The position numbers and the translations under genes were made by a program. Below the pieces are notes generated by a model. The model searched no databases. It was not told the origin of the DNA and worked only from the letters and a program-made list of their open reading frames with translations. A DNA stretch of 64,000 nt. It comes from the human T2T-CHM13v2.0 reference genome, Homo sapiens. Shown in pieces: positions 1 through 13,207 of this stretch. The number at the start of each line of letters is the position of its first letter. The first letter of the stretch is position 1. The stretch is from NCBI RefSeq assembly GCF_009914755.1, contig NC_060934.1; one strand, written 5' to 3'.

Positions 1-197
1 GTCTAGAGTTCTGGGGTGTTGGTGTGAGCCCACTCCTTAGGCTTTACTAGGCATTGCTCTAGGAGACTCTCTGCGGTAGCTCCTACCCTAAAGTTATGCC
101 ACACACTGCCCTAGTAAGGGCCCTCTGGGTTGCTCCACCCTTGCAACACGTGTCTGCCTGGGCCATCAGGCTGTCTATGACATTCTTTGGAATCTAG

Positions 198-655
<458 letters not shown>

Positions 656-752
656 TGCCTCCACAAGTCGTGTACTCTGCATGTCTGTAGACTTAACACC
701 ACATGGATGCCACCAAGATTTGCTGCTTGCACATTCCAAAGCTGTGGCCTGA

Positions 753-1062
<310 letters not shown>

Positions 1063-1197
1063 CACCTGAGCACCGTTGAGCCACAGGTGGGGTGAGCAAG
1101 AAGCACTGTAATGAAATGTGGCAAGCAGAGACTTCAGGCAGCCCTGAGAAGTGAACTCCAAGATCCAGAGGGCACACTAGTTCTCTCTTTTGATATA

Positions 1198-2194
1198 CAG
1201 TCATACGTCACTTAATGACGGGTATTTTCAGAGAAAAGAAGTGTCATTAGGCAATTCTGTCATTGTGCAAACAGCATAGAGTGTACTTACACAACCCTAG
1301 ACGCTATAGCCTACTACAGACCTAGGCTATATGGTAAACCCTATTGTTCCTAAGCTGTAAACCTGTACAGCATGTTACTGTGCTTAGTACTATAGGCAAT
1401 TGTAACAATGGTTAGTATTTGTGTATCTAAACATACCTAAACATAGAAAAGGTACAGTAAAAGTACAGTCTAAAAGACAAAACGTGGCATACCTGTATAG
1501 GGCACATACAAGAGCTTCCAGGACTGACAGTTGCTCTGGGTGAGTGAGTGGTGAGTAAATGTGAAGGCCTAGGACATCACTGTACACACTGTAGACTTTA
1601 CAAACATTGTTCACTTAGGCTACTCTAAATTTATAAAAAGAAATTTATTTCTTCAGTAATCAATTATACTTAGCTTACTATAACAGTTTTACTTTATAAA
1701 CTTTCTAATTTTAAAAATTTTTTGACTCTTGTAATAACACTTGGCTTAAAACACAAACATATTGTATAGGTGTACAAAAATATTTTCTTTATATTCTCAT
1801 TCTACAAGCTTTTTTCTATTTTTAAAATTTTTTAGTTTTTTTTTTACTTTTTAAACTTATTTGTTAAAAACAAAGATGCAAACACACACATTAACCTAGG
1901 TCTACACAAAGTCAGGGTCATCAATATCACGGTCTTCCACACCCACATCTTGTCCCACTAGAAGGTATTATGTATTATACATAATTGTGTGTGCTATATT
2001 TTTATATGACTAGCAGCCAGTAGGTTTATACCATCATCATCAAAAACAGATGAGCAACACATTGAGTTATGATGTTCAATGGTTATGATACCACTGGGCA
2101 ATAAGAATTTTTCAGTTCCATTATAATCTTATAGGACTACCTTTGTATATGTGCTCCTTCCTTGGTGAAAAGGTCTATATGTGGGGCATGACTG
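1198..2194 (+). mobile_element. Tigger3 (Golem/MER7-type) non-autonomous DNA transposon
   Basis: TIRs CAGTCAT...ATGACTG with a TA target duplication on both sides (1196-1197, 2195-2196). Confidence 0.85.
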
Positions 2195-3639
2195 TATTTC
2201 CTTCTCCGAGGTCATGGCACCCTGTGCCTGTGATGGGAGGGACAGCACCAGTAATTTCCAAAATGCCTTCAGAGTCATTCTTCCATTGTCCTAATGAACA
2301 GCCTCTGGCTTCCTTCTATCCCTACTGATCTCCTTATCAACTGGTTGCTTGCCCACACCCTTGGTCTTCTCTCCTGAAAATGTTCTTTCATTCTCTACCA
2401 CATGGCCAGGATGAGAATCCTTCAAATCCCTAAATTCTGTTTCCTTTTTAATTATAAATTTTATCTTTAAGTCATTTCTCTCTTATTTTCCTGTATGCAG
2501 TTAATATTTTGCTTAGAAATTTCTTCCATCAAATATCGTAGTTTATTGCTCTTACATTCTGCCTTCCATAAAGCCTAGGGTGTAGACACAATTCAGCCAA
2601 ATTCCTTGCCACTTCATAACAAGGCTGGTCCTTACTCCACTTTCCAATACCTTATTCCTCTTTTCCATCTGAGATCTCATCAGAATTGCCTTTATTGCTC
2701 TTATTTCTACCAACATTCTCATCACCATCACATAAGTAATCTCTAAGGAGATTTAGACTTTTACTACAGCTCTCCTCCTCTTCTCAGCCTTCACCAGAAC
2801 CACATTTAATGCTCTGTTCATAGCAACATAGGCTTTTCATAGCAACATAGGCTTTTCATAGCCTGCTTCCCCACATTCTTCCAGCCTCTACCTGTTACCC
2901 AGTTCCAAAACCGCTTTCACATTTTCAGGTATTTGTTATAGCAACAGCCCCATTTCTCAGTACCAGTTTTCTGTCTTTGTCCAGTTTGTGTTGCTATAAT
3001 AGAATACCTGTGACTGGGTAATTAATAATGAACAGAAATTTATTTGGCTTACAGTTCTGGAGGCTGAGAAGTCCAAGATCGAGGGACTGCATCTGGTGAA
3101 GGCCTTCTTGCTGCATCATCCCATGGCAGAAAGGCAAAAGAGCATGCTTGAGAAAGGGCAAGAGATTGAACTTGCAGCCTCAAGTCCTTTTACAATTGGC
3201 ATTAACCCATACATGAGGGTGAAGCCCTCATGACCTAAACATCCCCCATTAAGCCCCACCTTCTAACACTGTTGCATTGGAGATTACATTTCCAACACAT
3301 GAGTTCTGGGGGACACATTCAAACCGTGGTAAATAGTAAGATATCTTTTACTATGCATGTACTAGGGTCCAGGCATGGTACTATACTTGATATACATTTT
3401 CCACATTGGGTTCTTACTACAACTGATAAGATGGCCACCATTATCTCTATTCAACAGTGAGCCTTGAGGAAGTTAAGAATCTCACCTAAGGCTTCATTGC
3501 TAGTAAGTAGGAAATGCGGACCTGAATCCAGGCCTGGTGGCAACAAAGCTCTTTACACCACAGAACCCTACCCACACTTGCTTCATGGAACCCACTAGGG
3601 CCCTGCCCAGCAAAGTCAAAATCTTAAATAGTTTTACCC

Positions 3640-3790
3640 TGAGTCCTGAGCCCTCAGTTTCCTCATTTGTAAAAGGAAGAGAATGACAGCCCCTATCTCA
3701 CAGGCTGCTGTGAGTATTTGATGAGAGAATCCATGTGTCTAACTTAGTGCCTAGCACATAGTAAGTGCTCCTCAATGTTGGCCACTGTTA
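3640..3790. mobile_element. MIR SINE fragment
   Basis: MIR core CTCAGTTTCCTCATTTGTAAAA ... GCCTAGCACATAGTAAGTGCTC. Confidence 0.75.
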
Positions 3791-4296
3791 CCTCCACAGA
3801 CACATGGATGAGCATTTTGCCAAAGGTGTACAGATTACATGGACCTATCTTTTCCGAAAGTTTTACAGAACACACTTTCTTTTCCCAACATAAATAATAG
3901 GCTTATTGTGATAGAAAACAAAGCCAGTTGGCAAGGAAGATAGACTTGGGTTACAATTTTGGCCCTGTCATTCACTGATAACAGGTCTTTGGACAGGTTG
4001 CTTTACTTCTTTGAGCCTCTCTTTGCCCATCTTTAAAATAGAGAGTAGGAGTGGGAACTGCATGCTTTTGTAAAAGCACATACAGAACAATGGACACAGA
4101 GATGTCACTCAATAATAGCTACTTTCATTACTGGGTAAATCGAAGCTACTGTCATGACTTTTTCCACCTTCTTTCCTAACAACAGAGAAATCTGTTAGAG
4201 GTTCAGGTCATTGTTTTGATGTAATTCTCTTTAAATAATATTTCTTTGCCCCTTTGAATCATCTACTACTCTCAAATGTACTCTCAAGGAGAGAAT

Positions 4297-4330
4297 ACAC
4301 ACACACACACACACACACAAACACACACAC
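4297..4330. repeat. (CA)n microsatellite
   Basis: Read directly from sequence. Confidence 0.95.
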
Positions 4331-5464
4331 GATTACCCAACAACTCTAGGCATTTAAAAGGTGTCATAAATTAAGTAAAGAGATACCAAGCTTGACAGCT
4401 GCACTATCTAGAGAAAAGGTCTACTTAGAAATTCTGTATGCCACAGTGGATACACTAAATACTTGTCATCCCAAGGTCCCAAGATGAATACTGGCTTACC
4501 TATTAAACCTAAAGCATATGTAGTTAAATATATTAGAAGTCAAGCCCTGATTAATTTTCATGATAATTGGCTCATACTTAACATATATACACACAAAATA
4601 TTAAAATGCAGGCTATCCCACACAGACAAAACAGCCTGTCAGTTAAAACCAATACTTATTTGTTTCCCCTACTTATTCTGTCTCCAAAACCATGAAAGGT
4701 TTTTAGTCACTTGTTAAATGTCTCACATATCAAGAACCAACAACACTGTTCCTGTCTTTGGTCACCATGCCAAATAAAATATGCTTTGTATTATATTAAT
4801 GTTGAAACTCACTTACTGGTCTTTTGGAGGAAAAGCAGTGTTTGTATGCTTAATAGAATCCTGATCCTTAACCAGTTGGACACTGGACACTTGGGCCTTA
4901 AATTATTAATCATCAATTCAAATGTGTATTGTACAATTCATAGCTTAATTGACAAACTTGGGAATTTGACCACACTCTAGAAGGTAGCAATACTAGAGTG
5001 TGCTCCTGCTTTCCCTTTTAGTCTTTTGTTTTTGAACTTGCAATGTCTCTTATCCATGTAGAAGTATTGATTATGTTAAAATTAATTGTTAAAAATACTG
5101 TATGCATCCATACTCTATGCAGATACAACCAGAAAATTTTCCTTATTTATCTTTTTTATACTGGTTTTTCTAATTAGCCCAATTCAAGGGTAATGTAAAG
5201 TCCAAGTTCCAAAGCTAAACATCCCAATATTTAGGAAATTAAAGCCTTATACTTTCACAATGATGGCTAAAACTGGTAACAGATTTGGGGTTTTTCAGTC
5301 TGTACCCACCAGTATGCTACCTGCATAATGAACTCTCACTCATTTTCTGCTATCTGGATGATTTGAGAAGTCAGAACCTCCGACCAGAAGGCTGACTGCA
5401 TGCATCTACTCATTATTCCTGCCTGTTGCCACACATAAGGTAGCACATGCCCTTGAGCCCTTCA

Positions 5465-5749
<285 letters not shown>

Positions 5750-7588
5750 CTAGTAGGAAGAACTGTCAGCTCTGAAGTGTCATAGAATTCTGAAGGTACA
5801 GGAAACAGCACTTGGAGATCACCTAGCCTAGCTCCAGCAGTTCAAGATGTGACTTGGTAACTTGGTTAAGATCACACTGCTGCTAAGTAGCAGAGGTGGG
5901 TAAAGTACCTAAGGAAACCTGATAGTAAGTAGATAGTCTAAGAAAAGCCTTCCAAGAATAAGTAGAGTGAGGTGATGGCACTTTAGATGAAAAGAGTGGA
6001 CAACATTCTCCTTTCCTGGTTTAGCAAAATTAACCTGCCACTGGTCTGACTTTTAGATTGTAGGATGGTGAATAGTCTCGGCACTGAGAGGTCAGATTAA
6101 AATTTGTTAAATAATCTAAAAATACTGATCTGTTTTATTCCATCCATCATTTTCAAACATGAAGTATTTTAATGTGTATTGTCCTTTACCTACAATACTA
6201 CAAAATAGAAACACACCTATCCACACATGCATTCCAGGTGCATTTACAAGTGTTAACACTGGCTATCTTAACACACATCTTGTTGGGACAGAGGCCAAAC
6301 TGTTGTAACTGACCAGGAGGAAATAATTATGTGTCTAGCTTGATGCTTCGCCACCAGCACACACTAAAGTTTGCGTTTAAAGCACACAACTACTCTTTGC
6401 AAAAATCGTTCCTGTAAAATCTGTCAGTCATCAGCAAATAGGAATAAGCTTAGAGTATGTAAATACTCACAGAGTACCTAAATATTCCTCTTAGAGTACC
6501 TAATTCCTCTTAGAGTAACTAAATATCAACTGATTGGACAATATTCTTTTTATAAAGATATGTGAATGTCAATAGGCAAGGCACAAAGATATTAAGTTAA
6601 GCCATTTTTAACTAAGAAATTTTGGTAGTGAAAAGGCCAGATGTGACTCCTAGGAACATGTAAAATTTATTTCAGACATGATTGTTCAAATCTGAGAGAA
6701 GAAAACATGGTAAATAATGTAAATCCAATTTTGACGAACCGTTTTTTAAAAATTATAAGTAACAATCGTGGTCATGAAACTTAAAACAACTAGGATTTTT
6801 ATTCTGTAAGAAACATAAACCACTTTAATTTCTGATACAAAGCACACAGGCAGATAGTTACATTTTCTTGTATTTTAAAATAATTTCTGTGGGTTTGCAA
6901 GCACAAGTTAAGGCTCAGGTTAGTTTTTCTCTGTCTTCAAGATATTCCTAGAGGGTGTATTTTCAATTCCTCAGAAGTTATTTCAAGAGGTGTTATATCC
7001 TCAATTAAACATAGAAGATTAAGCTAGAAGCTCCCTTTCATTATATTTTAGCTATTTTCATTGCAAACTCTAGTACAATCTGTCAATGTAGATAAGAGAA
7101 ATAACTGAAGTATAGCTTCAAAATAAGTGAAACAGGTTTATAAATCACAGGTAATCAATATTAAGTCCTGACTTTTAAAATATTAATACTAATGAAAGTC
7201 ATTTTCTAACAAGTATCAAAAACAAAAGCAAATAAAAATTCAGGTGCTAGATTACAACCTTACACCTTACAACTGTAGCCAAATCTGCTGTTTGGCTTTA
7301 AAGTTCCACACAAAATCTTAACCTACAAATTTAACATTTCAAACCCACAAAATACAAGTACCAGAGTCACCCACAGTCATGTCAAAGGGCTTTCCAAGGT
7401 CTTAGAAACCTTAATCCAATACAGAAAAGCTAAGAGTCAAAAAGACATAGAAACAGGGAAAAGTGAAGGTGTTATTTGCCAAACATTAAACTTTCACAGA
7501 AATCCAAAACCTACTTAACAATTTCCCTATATCGAACAGCATAACCTCTATGCAAATGCAGTCATTTATTAGCATTTACTGTACTTAC

Positions 7589-7616
7589 TTTGCTTTTTGC
7601 CATTTATAAGCTTCAT
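7589..7616 (-). CDS. PANK1: Pantothenate kinase 1, coding part of alternative exon 1-beta
   Basis: Minus strand reads ATG AAG CTT ATA AAT GGC AAA AAG CAA A|GTAAGT = MKLINGKKQ, the PANK1-beta N-terminus. The phase-1 donor is compatible with the same exon 2 as exon 1-alpha. Too short to appear in the ORF track. Confidence 0.92.
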
Positions 7617-7741
7617 TAAAGACACCCACAAAGAAGTAACCAGTTGAATGAGCTTCAGTCAAGAAAAACCAGCTGTAAACTCGACCTACAAATTTACATC
7701 CCACAGCGTCCTGTGGGGAAGGTACACTTTACAAACTACCA

Positions 7742-8012
7742 TTATATATACAAGCTTTAGATTGTGAAATAATGCACTTCGGCTTTCTCCGGTGTACATT
7801 ACAATTACAAACCCTCAACTCAACCTCCCCCTTCGTTGAAAAAAAAAATCCACCTCCAATCCTCATTGGTCCACATAGTTCCGGCCCACATGGTATCAGT
7901 GGGTGTGTCCCTCCCAAAAAACCCTCTCATTGGCCGTGAAGAAACAGCTTCTAATAGGCTGTGATTTTGGGGGGTAGTTAAACTCCACGCCTCCAGACTT
8001 GCGCTCTCCAAT
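7742..8012 (-). promoter_or_regulatory. Putative PANK1-beta core/proximal promoter: TATA-like box plus CCAAT cluster
   Basis: TATATATAA on the minus strand at 7742-7750. CCAAT/ATTGG at 7856-7860, 7865-7869, 7929-7933 and 8008-8012, upstream of the beta ATG. Confidence 0.6.
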
Positions 8013-8491
8013 AGACCCGAGACGCTGCTGGCTACTCTGTGATTCAAAGGGCAGGCAACCCCAGTAGGACGCGCTCAGAGAAGCGAGAGGGGTGAGAAAG
8101 GAGAGAGCACCCTCAGTGTGCCGCCCACTTTATCCTCACTCCTGGACCCCAGCAAATGTTCACACACCTGCGTTTTCCCAGCCACCAATTAGAAGGGCGG
8201 ACAGAGCGTTCGCTTATTATATATCCTTGACCTAGGGACCCGCTCAAGCTTCGTGTCCAATCCTCGTTCTACTGATAGAAGCGAGCAAAGGGCAGGCTCA
8301 GGCAAAGACCTGTAGTGCTTGATGTCCCCTAGGAAAAGAATCAGTCCCGGGAACCTACTCTGTGCAGTCCCTCGACCGCAGACGCGGGGGCGCACGGGGC
8401 GTGCTGCGGCGCCTGCCTCAGCCGCTCCCAGTCCCGGGCCCCGCACGCTGCGTCTGCCTTGCGCCCGCGCTCCCCTCCCAGCGGGACTTAC

Positions 8492-9194
8492 GCGGCCTGT
8501 TCTTTCTCCCCGAGTCCATCCTCCTCCGCAGCCGGCATTTCTTGGCCGGGGAGTCATGCTGAGGGAGCAGTGGCTGCGGCTGCAGCTCCGGCAGGAGCGG
8601 GAGGCGCTGGGGCGCCGCGTCGCTGCCGCCCACTGGACCCCGGCTGCAGACGTGCGGCGGCTGGACTGGCGGCGGATGGAAGCCGTTGTGCAGCAGCCCG
8701 TTCACAGCGGCGGCGCTGGTGCCCACGGGGGCCCCTGGAGAGTGCGGGACCGAGCGCTCCTGCTGCCCGCTGCGGTCGCCCATGCCGGGGGCTGGCGGGG
8801 CTGTGCGCGGGCCCCGGCTCAGGCGGCCTCGCTGGAGGTCATTCTCCGGCGTCTTTATTTCCCCGGATCCTCCCTGCGGCTTCCGATTCAGCAGCCGCAG
8901 AGCCGGCGCCTGGGGATGGCGAACCCGGCGCTCCTCCCCTCCTCCTGCCGACTCCCCCACCTCCTCTGCGCCCTGCCCCCCGCGCGCCGGCCCCACGGCG
9001 CCGGCCTGGAGCACGCCAGCCCCGGGCGCGGAATCGGGGATCCCCGCGCACCCCCAGCCGGGGCTCCCGCCGCCCGCCTTCCCCTGATCCCCAGGCCGCG
9101 CGACTTCAAACGCGGCTTCCTCGCCTCCCAGACTGGTCCCCGCCACTGAGCATGCCCAGTCCTGCCCGCCACCGCCACCGACGAGTTTCAACAT
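8492..9194 (-). CDS. PANK1: Pantothenate kinase 1, coding part of exon 1-alpha (long N-terminal isoform)
   Basis: [22 protein letters not shown]...[22 protein letters not shown] matches the PANK1-alpha N-terminus as I recall it. It ends at CCG C|GTAAGT (donor G at 8491). Length 703 nt = 234 codons + 1 (phase 1). The track ORF to 8418 is read-through into the intron. Confidence 0.95.
9148..9167. promoter_or_regulatory. p53 response element inside exon 1-alpha
   Basis: GAGCATGCCC (perfect RRRCWWGYYY) directly abutting AGTCCTGCCC (2 mismatches), with no spacer. PANK1 is a known p53 target. Confidence 0.7.
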
Positions 9195-9430
9195 GGGGAA
9201 TCAAGTTCTCTGGGCTTGCAGAGAGGAGATGGGCGGGTTGGGCTTTGTATGGCGATGTGAAAACCAGATGGGTCTGGGAGAGACAGCGAAAGGAGCGAAC
9301 CGTTTCAGGAGGAATACGGGAGGAAGACAATTATTTGCAGAGGTGTCAGGTTTGCTAATCCTGTCCCCAGTGAGCAAGATACCTTTGCAAGGTCATTCAC
9401 GTTACCCTCCCCGCTTTGTGAGTGTGTGCT

Positions 9431-9451
9431 TACGCGCGCGCGCGTGTGTGC
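9431..9451. repeat. Alternating purine-pyrimidine tract with (CG)6, Z-DNA prone
   Basis: TACGCGCGCGCGCGTGTGTGC. Confidence 0.8.
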
Positions 9452-10883
9452 CTGTGCGTTTGGTTAAGTGACCAAACTACTTAGAGGCCTGAGGGGAGGG
9501 AGAACAATTATTTATAGAAAAGTTGGCAGACTTGGGGAGGGAGGGGAGTGAAATTTCTTTGCTGGCACGCACACACACTCAAACACCATGTGGTCTCATG
9601 GAGTTGTCTTTTGCAGGGAGGAAACCTAGGAATACAGTGTAAGGACAGTGAAGGACAAAACTGTAGGCAGGATTAATCGGTGCTGAAAGAGATCAAGTAA
9701 ACAGGAGCAATTCCATGCTATAAAAAGCACTTTCCTCACCCAGAAAGGACTTCAAAAGACAATGTCATGTTATTTATAGAGTAAGGAGTTGCCTCTTCTA
9801 AGAAGGGAAGGCGGCATCACGTGGTGACCAGCACTACGAGCTTTGGAGTTAGCACTGGGTTCAAATTCCAACTCAGCCACTGAGCAAACCCAGATAACGT
9901 TAATGCTCAAGGTAACACTTCTAGCAATAGGAAACGGGACTGTCCATGCTCACTATGCAGGACTAATTTGGGTGGTGAATACCTTCCCAAAGTTATGCAA
10001 TCTCTTGAGGCCTCACTTTCCTATCCATAATGGGGCTGTTGTGAGAAAATCTACTAAAAGTACCTGGTACAATCCTGGCACACAGTAAATGCTCAGAAAG
10101 CTAGTTTTCCTTATTACGCTATTATGATTAGCAGTTCACCCTTTGTTTCGACAGGGGAACAAACCATGCTTACAGCCGTATTTATTGTGTGATTTATTTT
10201 GTGATATTCTCCGTGATTTGCAATTAATCTACAGAGGAGTCAGAGTCTGGCAGGTGCTGGCTGGCTACTGGGTTGCTGGGCCCCTGGGCTTCAGTGCATT
10301 CAGCAGCATCTAGGGCTTGCATCTGGCAATTCCTTCCAGCAGAGCCTTACCTAGAATCAGAGCTTGACAACCATGGGGGCCACTGGAGCACTCTGGTCTA
10401 TCCACTCTTGCATACTTTTTTCGTATCAGGAAACTGAGCTGCAGACAGATGGCTGAGGTTATTAAGAGCAAAGGTGGGACTAAACTCCAAATCTCAACTC
10501 TCTTAGCTTCCCTAACCTTATGCTATTTAAAGACAGAGAAAAAAACCCAGGTGATCTGGCCCCTCCCTACCTCTCCTGCCTCATCAGGGGCTCCCTGTGC
10601 TGCCTTCAATTCCTTAAACAACATTCTGCTGTTTCCATTGCCTTAGAGAAGTCTCTTCTCTAAGACCTCTTTTGTCTACTAGACTCCAACTTTAGATCTC
10701 CTCTTTAACTTCTCATATTTAGAGAAATGTTCCCTGACCCTTAGGGCTACATTAGGTCTCCCTGCCATACCCTCTTCCTACTCCTTGTACTCTGTTTATG
10801 ACTCCTTATCATTTTGTAACTATACCATGCATCTGTTCCCTCATTTGTAACTTGAGAATAATAGGACATCACTGAGTTGTTAG

Positions 10884-11494
<611 letters not shown>

Positions 11495-11663
11495 TATGTA
11501 AAGTGTCCAGCACATTGTAAGTGCTAGAAAAAGACATTATTATTATTTGATTGCCCATCTTACCCCACTTCACTGTAAGCATCTTTAAGGCAGATGACTT
11601 GTTCATCACTCTATCCCTAGGAGGCACTTGGTAATTATTTGTGACTGGATAAATGACTTATAT

Positions 11664-11879
11664 CAAGCTTGTCTAGCCTGTGGCCCACAGCCTGCATGCG
11701 GCTCAGGACGGCTTTGAATACGGCCCAACACAAATTCATAAACATGAGATTTATTTTTGTGACTTTTTTTTTTTTTAGCTCATTAGCTATCATTAGTGTT
11801 AGTGTATTTTATGTGTGGCCCAAGACAATTCTTCCTCTTCCAGTGTGGCTCATGGAAGCCAAAAGATTGGACACCCCTG
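11664..11879. mobile_element. MER30 hAT-Charlie MITE
   Basis: CAAGCTTGTC...TTGGACACCCCTG termini; 8-bp TSD ACTTATAT/ACTTAGAT. Confidence 0.85.
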
Positions 11880-13207
11880 ACTTAGATGATATTTCACACA
11901 GAGTCCCCCTCACTTTCTACTGTAAATTTGCTAAAAATCACCAGCCACTCCTAAATATTCAAATATATCATTTTCAAATTCCCACATAATTGAGCTGAGT
12001 GGCTTAGGAAGCAAATTACATCAGAGATGCAAATAGAAGCTTTAGCATTGCAATATCTCCAAGGACATATTTTTTCTAGCTGGATTCCCAGGCCTGCTGA
12101 GGAAGGCCTGAGCCAGGTGGCTCAGACCCAGGCAGGGCAAAAGTACTGGTACTGGGACAGAACGTCCTCCACCTGCTTCCTTTCTCCTACCCTTGTCAGG
12201 CTGGGTGCTTGGATCAGTTACACCCAGCGTATGGTAGGGAAGAAGCCAGGTGGCATCTCACAGGTTTATTCAGGGGTGTGTGTAGGAGGTGTAACTTTGA
12301 GGCGTGAGCTGTCATGTCCTCCAGGAGGGGCATGCAACAAATGTTTGGAAGAGAGTGAGGGAGAAGGGAACCCACAAACCAGTGCACTCCCTTGGGTCTT
12401 ATTCATTTATTTAATAATCATTTATTGTGTGTACTATGTTGTAGGCACTAAAGCATGCTGGGAATACAAAGACAAAATAGATGGCTTCACTGCCCTCAAA
12501 GGGCTTACAATTCAGTAGAGAGAGAAAAGTCAGTGATTCTCCAGCATCAGTGTTATGTAAGAATAACCTAGGGAATTTTTCCTTTTTAAATTTGTATTAA
12601 AACTAACATACATACAGAAAAGTATGCATATCTTATAAAGCTCAAGGTATTTTGCAAAAAATGAACATGCAGTGTAACTTGCAACCCAGGATATTTTGTA
12701 AGCACAGATTCTGGGTCCAGTTCCCATAGACTGATTCATCAGTAGGTGATGATGATGATAACGAAGATGATAATAAATATTTTTAAAATTAAAAAAATAA
12801 CTTTTTCAAAAACAGGGGATTTGATGCAGATGATCATCATGGCTTGGAGAAACAATGAAGGAAGCAAAGTATGCCATCTATGCTGCGGGAGGTAACTCCA
12901 GAAGACCCCAGAGAGTGAGCAATGACAGAGTCAGGGGTGGGGGTTTATGGGGGAGTGGTGCTGAGGTGGAAGCTAAAACAGGTTTCAGGGAGGAAATGAC
13001 CCTTAAACTGAATTTTGAATAATATTGGCCTTTCTTCAGGTGAATAGGGAGGGAAGGTTTAAAAGAATCTACTCAGAACTGAAGGAGCCAAGACTCTGTG
13101 GGTGCATTTGAAACAACCTGGCATTTTTGGGAAACTGCCAGGAGTTCCACAAGGCTGAAGAGCAGCCTGAGAAGGGAGAAGGTGAGCAGTAATGGCTGAA
13201 AAGTTTA

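Larger units (their letters stand above)
8010..9460. promoter_or_regulatory. CpG island / PANK1 promoter region
   Basis: Abrupt rise in GC content and CpG density against an AT-rich, CpG-depleted background. Contains GC boxes (CCGCCC/GGGCGG). Confidence 0.92.

Noticed and set aside
8418-8491. C-terminal extension [10 protein letters not shown]... of the 258-aa ORF
   Set aside because: Lies past the canonical GTAAGT donor; intronic read-through.
8319-9358. Long plus-strand ORFs (276 aa and 299 aa) and other overlapping ORFs in the CpG island
   Set aside because: Stop-poor shadow frames of very GC-rich DNA antisense to PANK1 exon 1-alpha. Low-complexity Arg/Pro/Ala products, no recognisable domain, non-ATG starts.
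12027-12518. 163-aa ATG-initiated plus-strand ORF
   Set aside because: No recognisable homology or exon context; the 3' part runs into L2-like sequence. Compatible with chance.
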